Source: Elsinoe ampelina
Lineage: Eukaryota
Assembly: GCA_010093995.1 (NCBI GenBank)
Contig: ML992510.1
Span: 689,272-753,271 of the forward strand
DNA length: 64,000 nt
Direction of reading: 5' to 3'
In this document: one piece after another, positions 10,923 to 21,752 of the stretch
Layout: the number at the start of each line of letters is the position of its first letter
How positions within the stretch are numbered: position 1 is the first letter of the stretch
Position numbers and translations under genes: made by a program
Notes under the pieces: generated by a model
What the model was told of the DNA's origin: nothing
Database searches by the model: none
Seen by the model: the letters and a program-made list of their open reading frames with translations, nothing else

Positions 10923-13900
10923 ATGTCCCGACATCATGGGCTGTCATCCGACAAAGAGGTCGTGGAAGCCCGTGTACACCTAATCGCACAACCCTCGGAC
11001 GAAAAGGAACTTTTCGATCCTTCAGTGCACATCACCAGCATTGCTCCTTCACTGGATGACCGATCAGGACGACCGCCTTCAGCAGACGACAAGCAAGTTC
11101 TTGACACTTCGAAACAGCTTCGGGAGACGCTCTGGACACCTCTGTTCTTACGACGTCCAACAACATTTGCATTCGTCGCCTGCGCGTTGATCATTTTGGC
11201 CGTCGCGGAGGTGCTGAATGCGCGATCGAACAAGGACAATGGGCTAGTCTGGGCAAAACCGAATTTGCACTACCTATGGACCTTTGGTCCCACCGCAGTG
11301 CTTACTATCCTGGCCGCACTATGGAACCAGGTCGATTATCAGGTCCGGAGGAATGCGCCGTTCGTGAAGATGTCCCAGGCCAAGCTCCTGGCTCATGAAT
11401 CTGTGCTTCTGGACTATCTCTCACCATGGGACCCCCAAGCTTTGGTGACAGGGATTAACAGGAAGGACTGGCAAGTCTCTCTCAGCGTGCTGGCATCGCT
11501 CTCCCTTCGCCTGCTGATTGTCCTGTCAACTGGACTATTCGCACTTCGCTATCCCTCCGTTCGTGGATCGACAGCACTCCTTCAAGCAGACCGCTTCGAC
11601 TTTGCAAGGACGGCTCGGAACCCCAGCGACCCGGGAAAGCTAACTTCGGACGGGTTGAGCCCTGCGATCTTCAACGTTACCTACAATGATGGAACGGACA
11701 GTCATTATGCTGCACAAAGCTTTAGGTTGGCAGCAGGGACTATCGGGACGAATGCAACATTGACGGCTAACGTTGATGTTGTGTCCGCGGATTTGATATG
11801 CGAGCAAGCTGATTGGACATATACGAATCGCTCGTTTCAATACGTCGGTACGCTTAACGATGCGCCTGTTGATGTGGACATCTGGACGGATACGTATGCG
11901 CTGTCCGAGTATAGGATGAAGCTCACCACACCGGCATCGATCCCTTTCGATGACTGGGACATGTCCAAAGTTCCAATTGTCAGCAGCAACGCCGGCCCTG
12001 GTTGGCTGACGGACCATGCATTTGTAAACGCCACTTGCGAGAACAAAAAGTCGAACTCGAATCAGCCCTGCTATCTCATCGCGCTTGTACTTTCCGATTT
12101 CTACAATGAAACAGTCCCGAGTAACCTCGGTGGAGGACAGGGCTTCAAGCAAACTTCGACTGTCACCGAGCAATTGACCCGAGACCCAAACTTGCCTCAA
12201 GCGACAAACTCTGTGCTCATCGGACGGCAAGTCTTTCAGACTCCGGACAGTGGTGGTCAGTGGTTCACTGGGGATAATGTCTACATCCGACAAATGACTG
12301 CTTTCTTGTGCCAACCCAAAGTCACATATGCTCGGGCCGAAGTCAGCACTGCTGCTGGACAATCCTCCACCACTGGGGGCATCAATATCACTCGGATTTT
12401 GGAAGAGATTCCGACCACTTCTGTGGGCCTGTCCGCTTGGGAATATGCTGAGAAGGTCCGGACCGCCGCTCTTTCGGATGGCTTACTCACGACGTCGTTT
12501 CGTCTCACCAACTTCTTCGCTCTGATGGACCTCGTCGCCCGGAGGGGTTCATACCAGGACTACATGGATCCTGCGATCTTATCAAATACAGCTCGAGATG
12601 TATTCCGTAGAATATCCGCGCAGTATGCCAAGCAGGAGCTCACCGAGCCCGCAGAGACCACAATCGAAGGTCAGATGATCGACGTGGGGCCACGACTCAC
12701 CGTTGAGGCCTTGACTCTACGGCTCATGGATGGCTTCTTGATAGTGTTCGCGTTATGCGCGCTGGGTATCTGCTTATTCTTCGTCTTTCCCGGCCTGCCC
12801 CGCGACTTCAGCTCGATAGGATCACTGGCATTACTGCTCAGTCGCAGTCCAGATCTTGCACGTATCTGCTCTGGATTAGGCTCTGTCCGACTGAAGCACC
12901 TTGGTACTTGGATGCATGGTTACCGATTCTCCACCAGCTTTACGCGCGATACCACTTCTCGTATATATCAGATCAAGGCTGAGCTGGATCCGTCGGTCCC
13001 GGAACAAGACTCGCCGCCCCTTGCACAACAGGAACTGAAATGGTGGCGACCTGCAATGTTCGGACGGCCGCTACGAGTACTCACCGTTCTTGTGCCGTTA
13101 ATCTTAGTAGCATGCCTCGAATATGGACATCGCTACTCGGATCGACACACAGGCTATGGCATCGTTCCCCAAGGAGGATACCTTAAGTATGCTTGGACGT
13201 TCGCCCCAGCCATTGTCATGGTAGCCACTGCATCCACCTTCTCTGTACTCGACTTCAGCACACGTACGTTCCAGCCGTATCATGCACTTTCTGGAGCCCG
13301 GAAGGCATCTGCCAAGGATCTGGTGGAGACGCCATTTGGATACTTCGCGGCGTTCTCTCTTGGACGGTCTCTACTGCGTCGTCAATGGGCTCTGAGTGCT
13401 ACTTCGTTGGCGATCTGTATCGCACCCTTCTTGACCATCGTTGTCAGTGGTCTCTTACAAGCAGAGAACATCGGCATTGGTCAAGGAAGAGCTGCCACCA
13501 TACATCAAACTTTCCTTCCGGACAACATCAATAACTATGATAACAACGTGGATTCTAGCCAGGGTATAGTGCCTATGATAGTGTATGAGAATGTCTCTTA
13601 TCCGGCTCTGACGTTTAACAACCTGGTCTTTCCCAACTTCACTCTCGAGACCAACGCTTCAACCCCACAGACATCCCGCTTTGAGGTCAACATCCCTGCA
13701 GCAGCGATGGAGTCTGAGTGCAAAGTCATCGAACCGAAGATTCTTTCATGGACTACCAGACCGCCAACACAGGGACTCAACAGTACTGAATGGACAGTTG
13801 ACGGGCGAATTGACCTCTCGTCGTATGGAAGCTGCAGTCAAGTCAACAGAACCTCGGGACAGAACACCACTACAACCACCTTACCATTCAATGTGCAAGA

Positions 13901-14798
13901 GAGTCTCTCCAGCTACGTTTCAAAGCCGGCCGCAGAATCTACCTTCGGCAGCAGAGTGACTGCTAACTTTGCCAACACCACCTGCAATGGCCAACGAGTC
14001 GGCTATCTGTACGCTTTAATGCGCCTCAAAGCCAGCACAATTCAAGATGTGGTTATCATCAACTGCAAGCCAAGAATCGACATCGTCAGCGCAAATGCAA
14101 CAGGCAGGTCATCCGATTACCAGATCAGTGACGCAACCATCCTGGACGACCCGTCTTCTCCGAGACGCACATTCACCACTCATTACTCACAATTCAACTC
14201 TGCAAAGCTGCCATGCCCCGGCAACCCTCCCTTCCAGACCTCGCTCGGCTGTGCAACTCAAGCCCTGTTAGCCTACGCCGGGCTGAACGAAGCAGCTTTA
14301 TTCCAACCCACCAACGCCACAGCACTCGCCACCGCCTTCACCAATCTCCTGAACATCATTTACGCAATGCGCTTCACTTACTGGCAACGCGCCTCCACGG
14401 AACAGCCACCATCAAGAGGCGTCTTCTTCCCCGCAACCACAAGGCTACAAGCCTCCATCCTCGACCAGACTGAATACAGGGTAGTGCAAAGCCTGATCTC
14501 GACTCGCATCCTCCAAGCGCTGCTAGGGACCATGTCGCTGTGCGCACTCATCGCCTGGGCCGGTACACGCTCGAAGAAGGTCCTGACGAAGAACCCGCAG
14601 AGTATCGCGGCTGTGGCGTCGTTGCTGGTGGACGCGGATATGTTGAGGGATATACCGCCTGGCGCGGAGTTTATGGATGATAAAGAGTTGAAGAGGAACG
14701 GTGTCTTTGAGGGTGGGTTTTATAGTATCGGGTGGTGGGGAGATGACAGGGGGAGGAGGTTTGGCATTGATGTCGGGCAGGCGGAGAAGCCGACGTAA
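10923..14798 (+). CDS. DUF3433-family large multi-pass membrane protein (intronless, ~1290 aa)
   Basis: Long ORF with two DUF3433-like units (LWTFGPTAVLTILAALWNQVDYQVRRNAPF..LLDY; YAWTFAPAIV..LDFSTRTFQPYHAL), N-glycosylation-rich loops, and C-terminal NPQSIAAVASLL..GWW..RFGIDV. Confidence 0.85.
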   Translation: MSRHHGLSSDKEVVEARVHLIAQPSDEKELFDPSVHITSIAPSLDDRSGRPPSADDKQVLDTSKQLRETLWTPLFLRRPTTFAFVACALIILAVAEVLNARSNKDNGLVWAKPNLHYLWTFGPTAVLTILAALWNQVDYQVRRNAPFVKMSQAKLLAHESVLLDYLSPWDPQALVTGINRKDWQVSLSVLASLSLRLLIVLSTGLFALRYPSVRGSTALLQADRFDFARTARNPSDPGKLTSDGLSPAIFNVTYNDGTDSHYAAQSFRLAAGTIGTNATLTANVDVVSADLICEQADWTYTNRSFQYVGTLNDAPVDVDIWTDTYALSEYRMKLTTPASIPFDDWDMSKVPIVSSNAGPGWLTDHAFVNATCENKKSNSNQPCYLIALVLSDFYNETVPSNLGGGQGFKQTSTVTEQLTRDPNLPQATNSVLIGRQVFQTPDSGGQWFTGDNVYIRQMTAFLCQPKVTYARAEVSTAAGQSSTTGGINITRILEEIPTTSVGLSAWEYAEKVRTAALSDGLLTTSFRLTNFFALMDLVARRGSYQDYMDPAILSNTARDVFRRISAQYAKQELTEPAETTIEGQMIDVGPRLTVEALTLRLMDGFLIVFALCALGICLFFVFPGLPRDFSSIGSLALLLSRSPDLARICSGLGSVRLKHLGTWMHGYRFSTSFTRDTTSRIYQIKAELDPSVPEQDSPPLAQQELKWWRPAMFGRPLRVLTVLVPLILVACLEYGHRYSDRHTGYGIVPQGGYLKYAWTFAPAIVMVATASTFSVLDFSTRTFQPYHALSGARKASAKDLVETPFGYFAAFSLGRSLLRRQWALSATSLAICIAPFLTIVVSGLLQAENIGIGQGRAATIHQTFLPDNINNYDNNVDSSQGIVPMIVYENVSYPALTFNNLVFPNFTLETNASTPQTSRFEVNIPAAAMESECKVIEPKILSWTTRPPTQGLNSTEWTVDGRIDLSSYGSCSQVNRTSGQNTTTTTLPFNVQESLSSYVSKPAAESTFGSRVTANFANTTCNGQRVGYLYALMRLKASTIQDVVIINCKPRIDIVSANATGRSSDYQISDATILDDPSSPRRTFTTHYSQFNSAKLPCPGNPPFQTSLGCATQALLAYAGLNEAALFQPTNATALATAFTNLLNIIYAMRFTYWQRASTEQPPSRGVFFPATTRLQASILDQTEYRVVQSLISTRILQALLGTMSLCALIAWAGTRSKKVLTKNPQSIAAVASLLVDADMLRDIPPGAEFMDDKELKRNGVFEGGFYSIGWWGDDRGRRFGIDVGQAEKPT

Positions 14799-15139
14799 TT
14801 GAATGAGGAAGAGAAGGACGAGTAGGTACGCATGATAGATACCCAAGCTTAATCTCAACGACTATTACTTGATGCATACACAGAATCATTATTCACAGGG
14901 CAATACCACAGTCACAGTGTCTGTGTTCAAAATATGAGGCAAGGAAATGGTCATCAATTTTAGAAGTACAGAATGTTGATCAAGAAAACCACCCAGCCCC
15001 CCATCCTCCCGAACTCCTCGCTCCTATTGGGACATCAGTACATGCCAGACGAATCAGAGCTAATCATACTTACTACCAGAAACAACGTCGCCACGCCCCC
15101 AACCGCCCGACCCAGTCCAGCCCTGGTAGTATCTCCGCT

Positions 15140-16476
15140 TTCTTACAGCAAATTAGTCTAGGTCGATCACAATCCTGACACAGCAGCACATACACTCTAC
15201 ACCCATGAAGACATCATCATCTAGCCAGACAAGTCAGCTACACTTCTACCATGAGGCAGCATCACAAGGGTCCGACTGACCGGACGCAGCAGCGCTGTCC
15301 TCTCCAGTATTCTCGGTCACTTGATATCGTCAGTACTGAATGACATTGTGGTGAAGTTGTATCTACCGGGACCAGCGGCCGGACCGGCGGGGGGTGGATC
15401 TGCTACAGAATTAGCGGCGTCCAAGCATGGCACAAGATGATCCTACCAGCGACCGCTTGACCAGCAGTGTTGGCTGCTAGCTCTGTCAGTATCATCTTCG
15501 AGTGATGACGGATCGGCGATGCTAACGAGGGTCGGCTGGAGAAAAGTCAGTCTTGAGACGACATGCGAGACGAAAGAGATGTGTGAAAGAGTGATGGGAT
15601 GCTCACCGGCTTGACCTTGCTGGTCATTTGGACCAGGAGGAGGGTTGGCTACAACTATTAGAATGGTACTCGAACCGCGTCGGGCTAGAGATGCGAACCA
15701 CCACGACCACCGCGGCCGCCACCACGACCACCACCGCCACGACCACCGCGGGAAGCGCCACCACCGCGCGCACCACCACGACCAGCAGCAACACCGGCCG
15801 CGCGGCCGGTAGCGTTGCCCCAGATTGGGCAGTCGCTGATGTTGTGGTGGTGGGAGTGACACCCACGACCACCCCGACCGCGACAGTACAGACGACGACC
15901 GCCCCCACGGCCACCGCAACGTCCCACCCCAGCACCTGCACCAAGTCAGCTCCCACACACCTACCAGACCACAACGACGAACCACCACGAACGCCACCGG
16001 CACCCACCACGACCGCACCGCCGCGAACACCACGAGCACCTGGTATTTATCAGCCTCTTGATCCTACTAGAACCATCATGTACGAACCGCCACGACCCCC
16101 TGGTAGTTATCAGCCCCTTGATCCTACCAGAACTATCATGTACAGACCACCACGACCACCGCGCCCACCTCCACCACCACCAGGACCGCCAGGATTGTCT
16201 GATATGAAGTGAGTCTTGTTCTGTGTCCGATAGTTGCTGTACTAACTGCCGAAAGCCCTTGCCAAAGCAGCAGCCAGAGCAGCAGGATCTTGCTCCGTGT
16301 TGCCGATCTGTCAACCGTTAGTGTACAGTCTTGTTGTGAAGTGTTAGATGGAAGAGAATGCCTCGCTGGAGAAGAAATTAATGCCATACCCATGTGTAAA
16401 GCACTGACCACAATTTCCAGGCTATCGGTACCAGTCTGCTGACAATCAGTGATCAGGACTCCCCAGAACTCACCAT
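15140..16476 (-). CDS. Cryptic micro-exon gene: ~210-aa RGG-rich protein with CCHC-like knuckle (putative RNA-binding)
   Basis: Exons 16476-16474(?), 16435-16409(?), 16307-16247, 16198-16148, 16099-16088, 16039-15983, 15935-15699, 15648-15607, 15535-15527, 15476-15447, 15402-15367, 15319-15281, 15220-15194, 15141-15140. Introns are GT-AG with branch-like motifs and splice into one open frame ending ..SDDDVFMGVE*. The 5' end is uncertain. Confidence 0.75.
16028..16159. repeat. ~60-bp tandem repeat (48-nt intron + 12-nt exon unit of the RGG gene)
   Basis: Near-identical units: tggtatttatcagcctcttgatcctactagaaccatcatgtacgaac and tggtagttatcagccccttgatcctaccagaactatcatgtacagac. Confidence 0.9.
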
Positions 16477-17932
16477 CAATCATTCGACAACACGTCGCAA
16501 CAATAGTCACGGTTAAAATTTGATCCCACTTCAAGAGCCTCTTTTGATCTGGTGTACCTTGCTGTCCTCTCTATACCCGAACTCTTCTGTAAATTCGCGC
16601 TCTCGCCACAAAAGCGTCCCGCTCTGGATCGAATGAATCGAGCGAAACGGGTCCAGAGGTAAGCAGTCCACAGCCAAGATACCGATACCTCATCAAGTCT
16701 TTAATCTGATCCGCAATTGCAAGCACCTTTCTGTCGGAGCCGTCGACTACTCCTGCGCAAAGACCCGCCAAATTCTCGGCAGCAGGGATGACGACGAATC
16801 CCATATCGAAGGCACAGCTCAACTCAATCAGTGCCACAACATTGCATCGTCATCGACATCGCTCGCTGTGAGCCTTTCCGTATCCAATTGTCAGAGGCGA
16901 AGAAACATGCCATCGCTATCAAAGCCATGGATTCAACGATTGTCTCTGCATCAGATCCCGCGCCAGCAGTATCATCTCCGCTTTAATGAGAGGGTGGAGT
17001 AAACCCTGACCTAAAGGAACACCTCACTTGCCCGCGTATCCGCGCATAGACCGTCTTCAATTCCTCGTCATCAATACACCAGGGTCAAAATCGGAAATCG
17101 AGCCTATCGCTCATCACCTTTAGCTTGTCGACAACGAGGTGGTATACTCACTTATCACAACATACTTATCCTAGCATAGAGCATGAGAAGCTTGCCATCA
17201 TATACGATCAAGAACAAAGGTGTCACGGCAGCTCATTCATGCAATTGCAATTGGAGGATGTGGCTGGTGATCCACTTGAGAAGATTGTTGTCGGCATTTG
17301 TCATTCTTCCCTGCGACCAAGTCAGCACAATCTTCAACTGCTTCACATACCCAAAGTTGGAGAATTGAACAGTGGTGTGATCATCCGCTGCTTGTGTCGT
17401 GCCTTGGCGGTCTCCACACCTCAAGATCTTTCGGGTAGACGCGATGCGAATGGTTCTTGTTGGGTCTGTGACGGAAGTGCTATATGGCGAGCACGAAGCG
17501 AGGATTGGCATGCGGATATTGTACAGGTGTTCAGTGCCGTTTATTAGGCGTGCAGCGGATAGGATTACGGGAATGTTGTGGAATGTTGTTGTTCAAGCGA
17601 AGAGGACGATTAATCTGAAGCATGTCGCACGAGTATTGTACTTTTTTGGTATCGACGAAAGCATTGAGTGTTTGAGCCGTGGAGCTGATGGCATGAAGGC
17701 TTGTCGCCACCACTTTTCCGAAGCGTTGATGCTCAAACCCAATTATGAGTCAAGCGCAAAGCCGATCTTATCGAACGCCGCACCGAAAGCAGTCAGGTGA
17801 TGTAGAAAAGCTGAACCACAGGCCGATCCGAAAGCTGAACCTCTGCCTGTCGACGTGTGTCGATTCGCAGTCTTCGCCAACCCGCGTGTCCACCAAGCCG
17901 TTTGTCCTCGGACCTGTATGTCAGTATCCCTA

Positions 17933-18931
17933 CTAACGACGAGCATACCTATCCTCTCCGTAATCGCCGCCACCACCGCCGCCAGCACTGCGGGCGGGAG
18001 CAGCTCCAGCGTCGGGGTAAGCAGCTGCATCTCTTGGAGGACGATCGTAGCTACCACCACGGCGATCGTAGTCACGACCACCTCCACGTCCTCCGTAATC
18101 GTCACGGCCTCCTCCGCGTCCGCCATAGTCGTCACGATCGCGTCGTCCACCACCATAGCCGCGGTCATCGTAGCGGTCACGGTAGCCTCCACGGTCGTCG
18201 TAGCGGTCGCGGTAGCTGCCACGATCGCGGTAGTCATCACGACGTCCACCATAGCCGCGGCGGTCATCACCGTAGCGATCGCCACCGCCGAAACGTCCAC
18301 CACCACGACGGTCGTCTATTGTAGTCAGTCAAGTGGCCAGCTTTTGTAGTGTATAAGTACTCACCCCTCTTGGGTGGGCCGAAATATTTTCCTGGGGTTG
18401 GGTTGCGGGGCTTGCCACGACGAGCCTTCTCAATGCTCAGTGTACGGCCTTCGATGACCTCGCCGTTCAATCCGTTCTTTGCTGCGTCGGCCTGATCGGC
18501 AGTGACCATCTTGACGAATCCGAAGCCACGAGACTCGCGAGTGTGGGGGTCGCGCATGATGCTGCAGCTCTCGACATCGCCGTACTTTTCGAAGAGGCGC
18601 TGGATGTCAGTCTCGACGAGACGAGGATGGATTCCGGTGCAGAAAAGGTTGCTGCCTTCGTTGGGAGCATCTGCGTCTTCTTCGCGGTTCGCAGGGGGGG
18701 CAGATGGCCTGCCGAGTCATTAGTCTCGGGTCCAAACAATCACAATCGCATTATTTACCTGTCATCGGCAGCGTCGCGAATGCGAGCGTCGCCATCACGG
18801 TCAGCGCGCGGCGAACGCGAGCGATCACGAGAATAGGCGGCATCGTCTGGAAAAAGTCAGATCCTTGTCATAGTGCGGCGGAAGCTTTTAAACGTACCCT
18901 CGTAGCCGCGCTGGTCGTTCTCGTACTCCAT
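17933..18931 (-). CDS. Single-RRM Tra2/SR-like RNA-binding protein with RD/RGGY low-complexity tail
   Basis: Exons 18931-18898, 18846-18759, 18708-18365, 18315-17933. RSRSP motif, RNP2-like NLFCTGI, RNP1 RGFGFVKM, PTPGKYFGP, and DRYG/DDYRG repeats. Confidence 0.9.
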
Positions 18932-19565
18932 GATGATTTTTGAGAGAGTCAGGCAGATGTGAGAGATGTGGAATCAAGAATTGAGTGTTTGTTGGGAGAG
19001 GAATGGAAGGAGAAGGTTGTCGAAGAGCGTTGCGTACGAAAGCAGACGAAAGGAGCTGCCGTTCAGCGCACGGACCAATGTTGGGCTACTTCTAGAAGAG
19101 TTTGTACTGTTTGCAGTCGTAAGAGTCACAACTTGTGTCCACTCTCATCATCACCAGACTTCTGTAAGTATATCTTCACCTCATGCTGCACATGTCCATT
19201 GAAATCTTAAATATGTCATCGCGTGAAGCCAAAGGCGATCTGGCCAACACTGATACGGCTTCTTACCCTTTCTGACCGAGCTTATCACGTACTAAACAAA
19301 CTGACATAGACGTAGTGCCTTCTGTCGTAGGTGATTCGCAGATAGGACTTCTTTCTTACGCTTCGCAGAGGTATTTTCATACTCACCGGGCAGCTGGCAG
19401 CGACCACAGAACACACGACCTGTTGCACGTACCTGCGAAGGACGGCCCTCACCTCTTTCCATCTGGTATTACCCTGGATCGTGGCAAGACTGTCAGTCGC
19501 GCCCTTTCAAGAAGATCACCTACTCTAATCATTCGAGCTGGCAGTCTTAGTCTGCTGTTGGTAGG

Positions 19566-20726
19566 ATGGTGAGCAACACTGGCGCACACGAGGCCGACGA
19601 TGCAATGGACTTTCTTCAGAACCTGGTCGAAGTCGCTGCATCTGCCGCAGCTGCTCCAGCTGCTTCCACAGCGATCACGACTGCAGAATCACCAAACACA
19701 TGGATCCCGCGCGGTAATAACAAGAGGACAAAGATATCCAAGCCTACAACTGCAGCTAGTCTGCATTCACCGCCCAAAGCCGTACGAACACCGTCAGCGC
19801 TGTTTCGCCCTGCAAAACAGGTCAAGAAGCAGACACGGCCTTCTTTGGCCAGCCTTTATTCTGAGTTGCAGCTTACGCCGGAGAACTTTGTTGCCTGCAT
19901 GGATGCTGCGAAGGTCTTTATGCTAGATCCAGCCTACCCAGAGCGCAGGAATTGCATCGGATCTCGGACCAAGGGAGACAATGTAAACATGAAGCTAGAA
20001 TTGACCAAGCTTACGACACGATTTCTGGACGAGGGATCAGGGAGTCGGTTCTTCGGTCCAGATTCAGATCCACCTGGCGATCCGAACGGGACATTCGCTC
20101 AAGTCATCGTCTCGGGGTCTACAGACCAGTCTGCATCCGTGCAGTCACAAGATTCAGCAGAACATCACACACAAGACGGCGGTACAATTCAGCGAGACTT
20201 TGTGTGGCCTTCCGACAAGGATGAGATTGTCAAACGCTGCATAAAACTGTTGAGGAAGGTTGCCAGCAACGAGAAACAGCGAGTGTATGCACTAGAGAGT
20301 CGCAGACCAGCTCGCAATGCTACAGGAACATCTGTCAACAATGGTAAGGATAGCGCATCAAAGACGCCACCCACGACCGAAAACATCACAATCCGAATTT
20401 TCCCTAGATCATCAGGCAGTGCAGGTGAAGTCGTGTCGAAGGAGGTCAATGAGATCGCAGCGGTATGGGCTGTGGTGGTAAAGACCTGCTCGGAGCAAGA
20501 GCGGGTTTCGGATGGGGCAACAGACCCTTCACTCGATCAGTGCGAGAAAATAAGCGGTCAGGTGCATGTCCAGACGTCGGACGGGTTGCGTATGGTCGAC
20601 GATGAGGCGAGCTGCATGGAGGCTGTGGAGATGGTGTTGAACACGCCCTGGCTGGAAAGGATTGTGAGGGTCGTGGTCAGGGATCCTGCTGCCCCCAAGC
20701 TGGACCATTCCCAGGAGTCGGAGTAG
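19566..20726 (+). CDS. Hypothetical protein (386 aa; true start may be the downstream MDFLQ)
   Basis: Long ORF with a globular-looking core (ELQLTPENFVACMDAAKVFMLDPAYPERRNCIG..LLRKVASNEKQRVYALESR); no family assigned. Confidence 0.7.
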   Translation: MVSNTGAHEADDAMDFLQNLVEVAASAAAAPAASTAITTAESPNTWIPRGNNKRTKISKPTTAASLHSPPKAVRTPSALFRPAKQVKKQTRPSLASLYSELQLTPENFVACMDAAKVFMLDPAYPERRNCIGSRTKGDNVNMKLELTKLTTRFLDEGSGSRFFGPDSDPPGDPNGTFAQVIVSGSTDQSASVQSQDSAEHHTQDGGTIQRDFVWPSDKDEIVKRCIKLLRKVASNEKQRVYALESRRPARNATGTSVNNGKDSASKTPPTTENITIRIFPRSSGSAGEVVSKEVNEIAAVWAVVVKTCSEQERVSDGATDPSLDQCEKISGQVHVQTSDGLRMVDDEASCMEAVEMVLNTPWLERIVRVVVRDPAAPKLDHSQESE

Positions 20727-20841
20727 GCGTCGAACACCATGTGAGGACATCCGCGATCACGCTACGCGAGGGCATCACGAGGGACCTCGGACAGGGCAAG
20801 GCGCGACCTGTTGAACGGCTCGTCTCATTCTATCCTCGTCT

Positions 20842-21288
20842 TTACTCCTCGGTGTAATTCGAGAGTCTGCAGACATTAGGTAGACCCAATAGGAACAAGA
20901 CAAGTACTTACTCTATCAGGTTCCCATCCGGATCCCTCATGTACACACTCCTCAATTGGCCCCGAGCCCCCGTCCTTGTGACAACCTGACCTCCTTCCAA
21001 GATCTCGATGCCCTCTCGTTTGAGCTTCCCCAGCACCTCATCCACATTGGTCGATACAATGAAGCACAAGTCTGCCGTGCCAGGTTTCGCCAGCGTGGCT
21101 TTCGGCTCAAATTCTGCTCCTGCTTGATGTAGATTGATCTTCTGGGTGCCAAATTTGAGAGCATTACGGCCTTCTCCAAAAGGCTCGTGTTCCATGCCCA
21201 ACGAAGTGTAGAAGGCAATGGTGTCTGGTATGGATTTGCAGGTGAGGACTACGTGGTCGATGGACTGGACTTGGGCGATGGGAGACAT
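20842..21288 (-). CDS. VOC/glyoxalase-domain protein (GLOD5-like)
   Basis: IDHVVLT, FGTQKINLH, PGTADLCF, RTGARGQLRSVYMRDPDGNLIE|LSNY; intron 20867-20911. Confidence 0.92.
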
Positions 21289-21752
21289 ATTGATCAGATA
21301 TACGTCTTTGGCGCAAGTGGAGAAGTGACGACAATTGATGGTTAGAAGAGGAACGAAGATGGTCGTTGAGGAGGAGGAAGTGGGGTAGTCGTGGGCTGGC
21401 ATTACGCTTATTGGACTATGTCACCGTGCCAGACAGACTTACTTGACATTCAGAGGTCGGTTACTGGCCTTCTTCACTGAAGGATCAGTGAAACGATATG
21501 CAATTTGCTCATGGAGAAGTGTTACTTACAAACGGACATAACCATTGGAGCATGAGAAGTGCAAGGCATGTGGCGGTTTCAGTCGCTGACGTCAGCGTCT
21601 GGAAGTCGTTCGAAGGACAAACATCCATGGATGTAGAGTGATTACACATCATCTATGCGACCATGTCTCCAACTACGTTTGTACTATAGCATTCCCTTCC
21701 TTGTCATTAATTTCACTGCGTTCTAGCGTCATTTCTTCTTCGCATCCTCGAC

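Noticed and set aside
15628..16212. Plus-strand 194-aa Thr/Pro-rich ORF with YQPLDPTRTIMY repeats
   Set aside because: No ATG at its start and no signal peptide; better explained as the antisense shadow of the RGG gene, whose splice signals are all on the minus strand.
17743..18349. Overlapping Val/Ala/Thr- and His/Arg-rich ORFs
   Set aside because: Alternative frames and antisense of the repetitive tail of the RRM gene.
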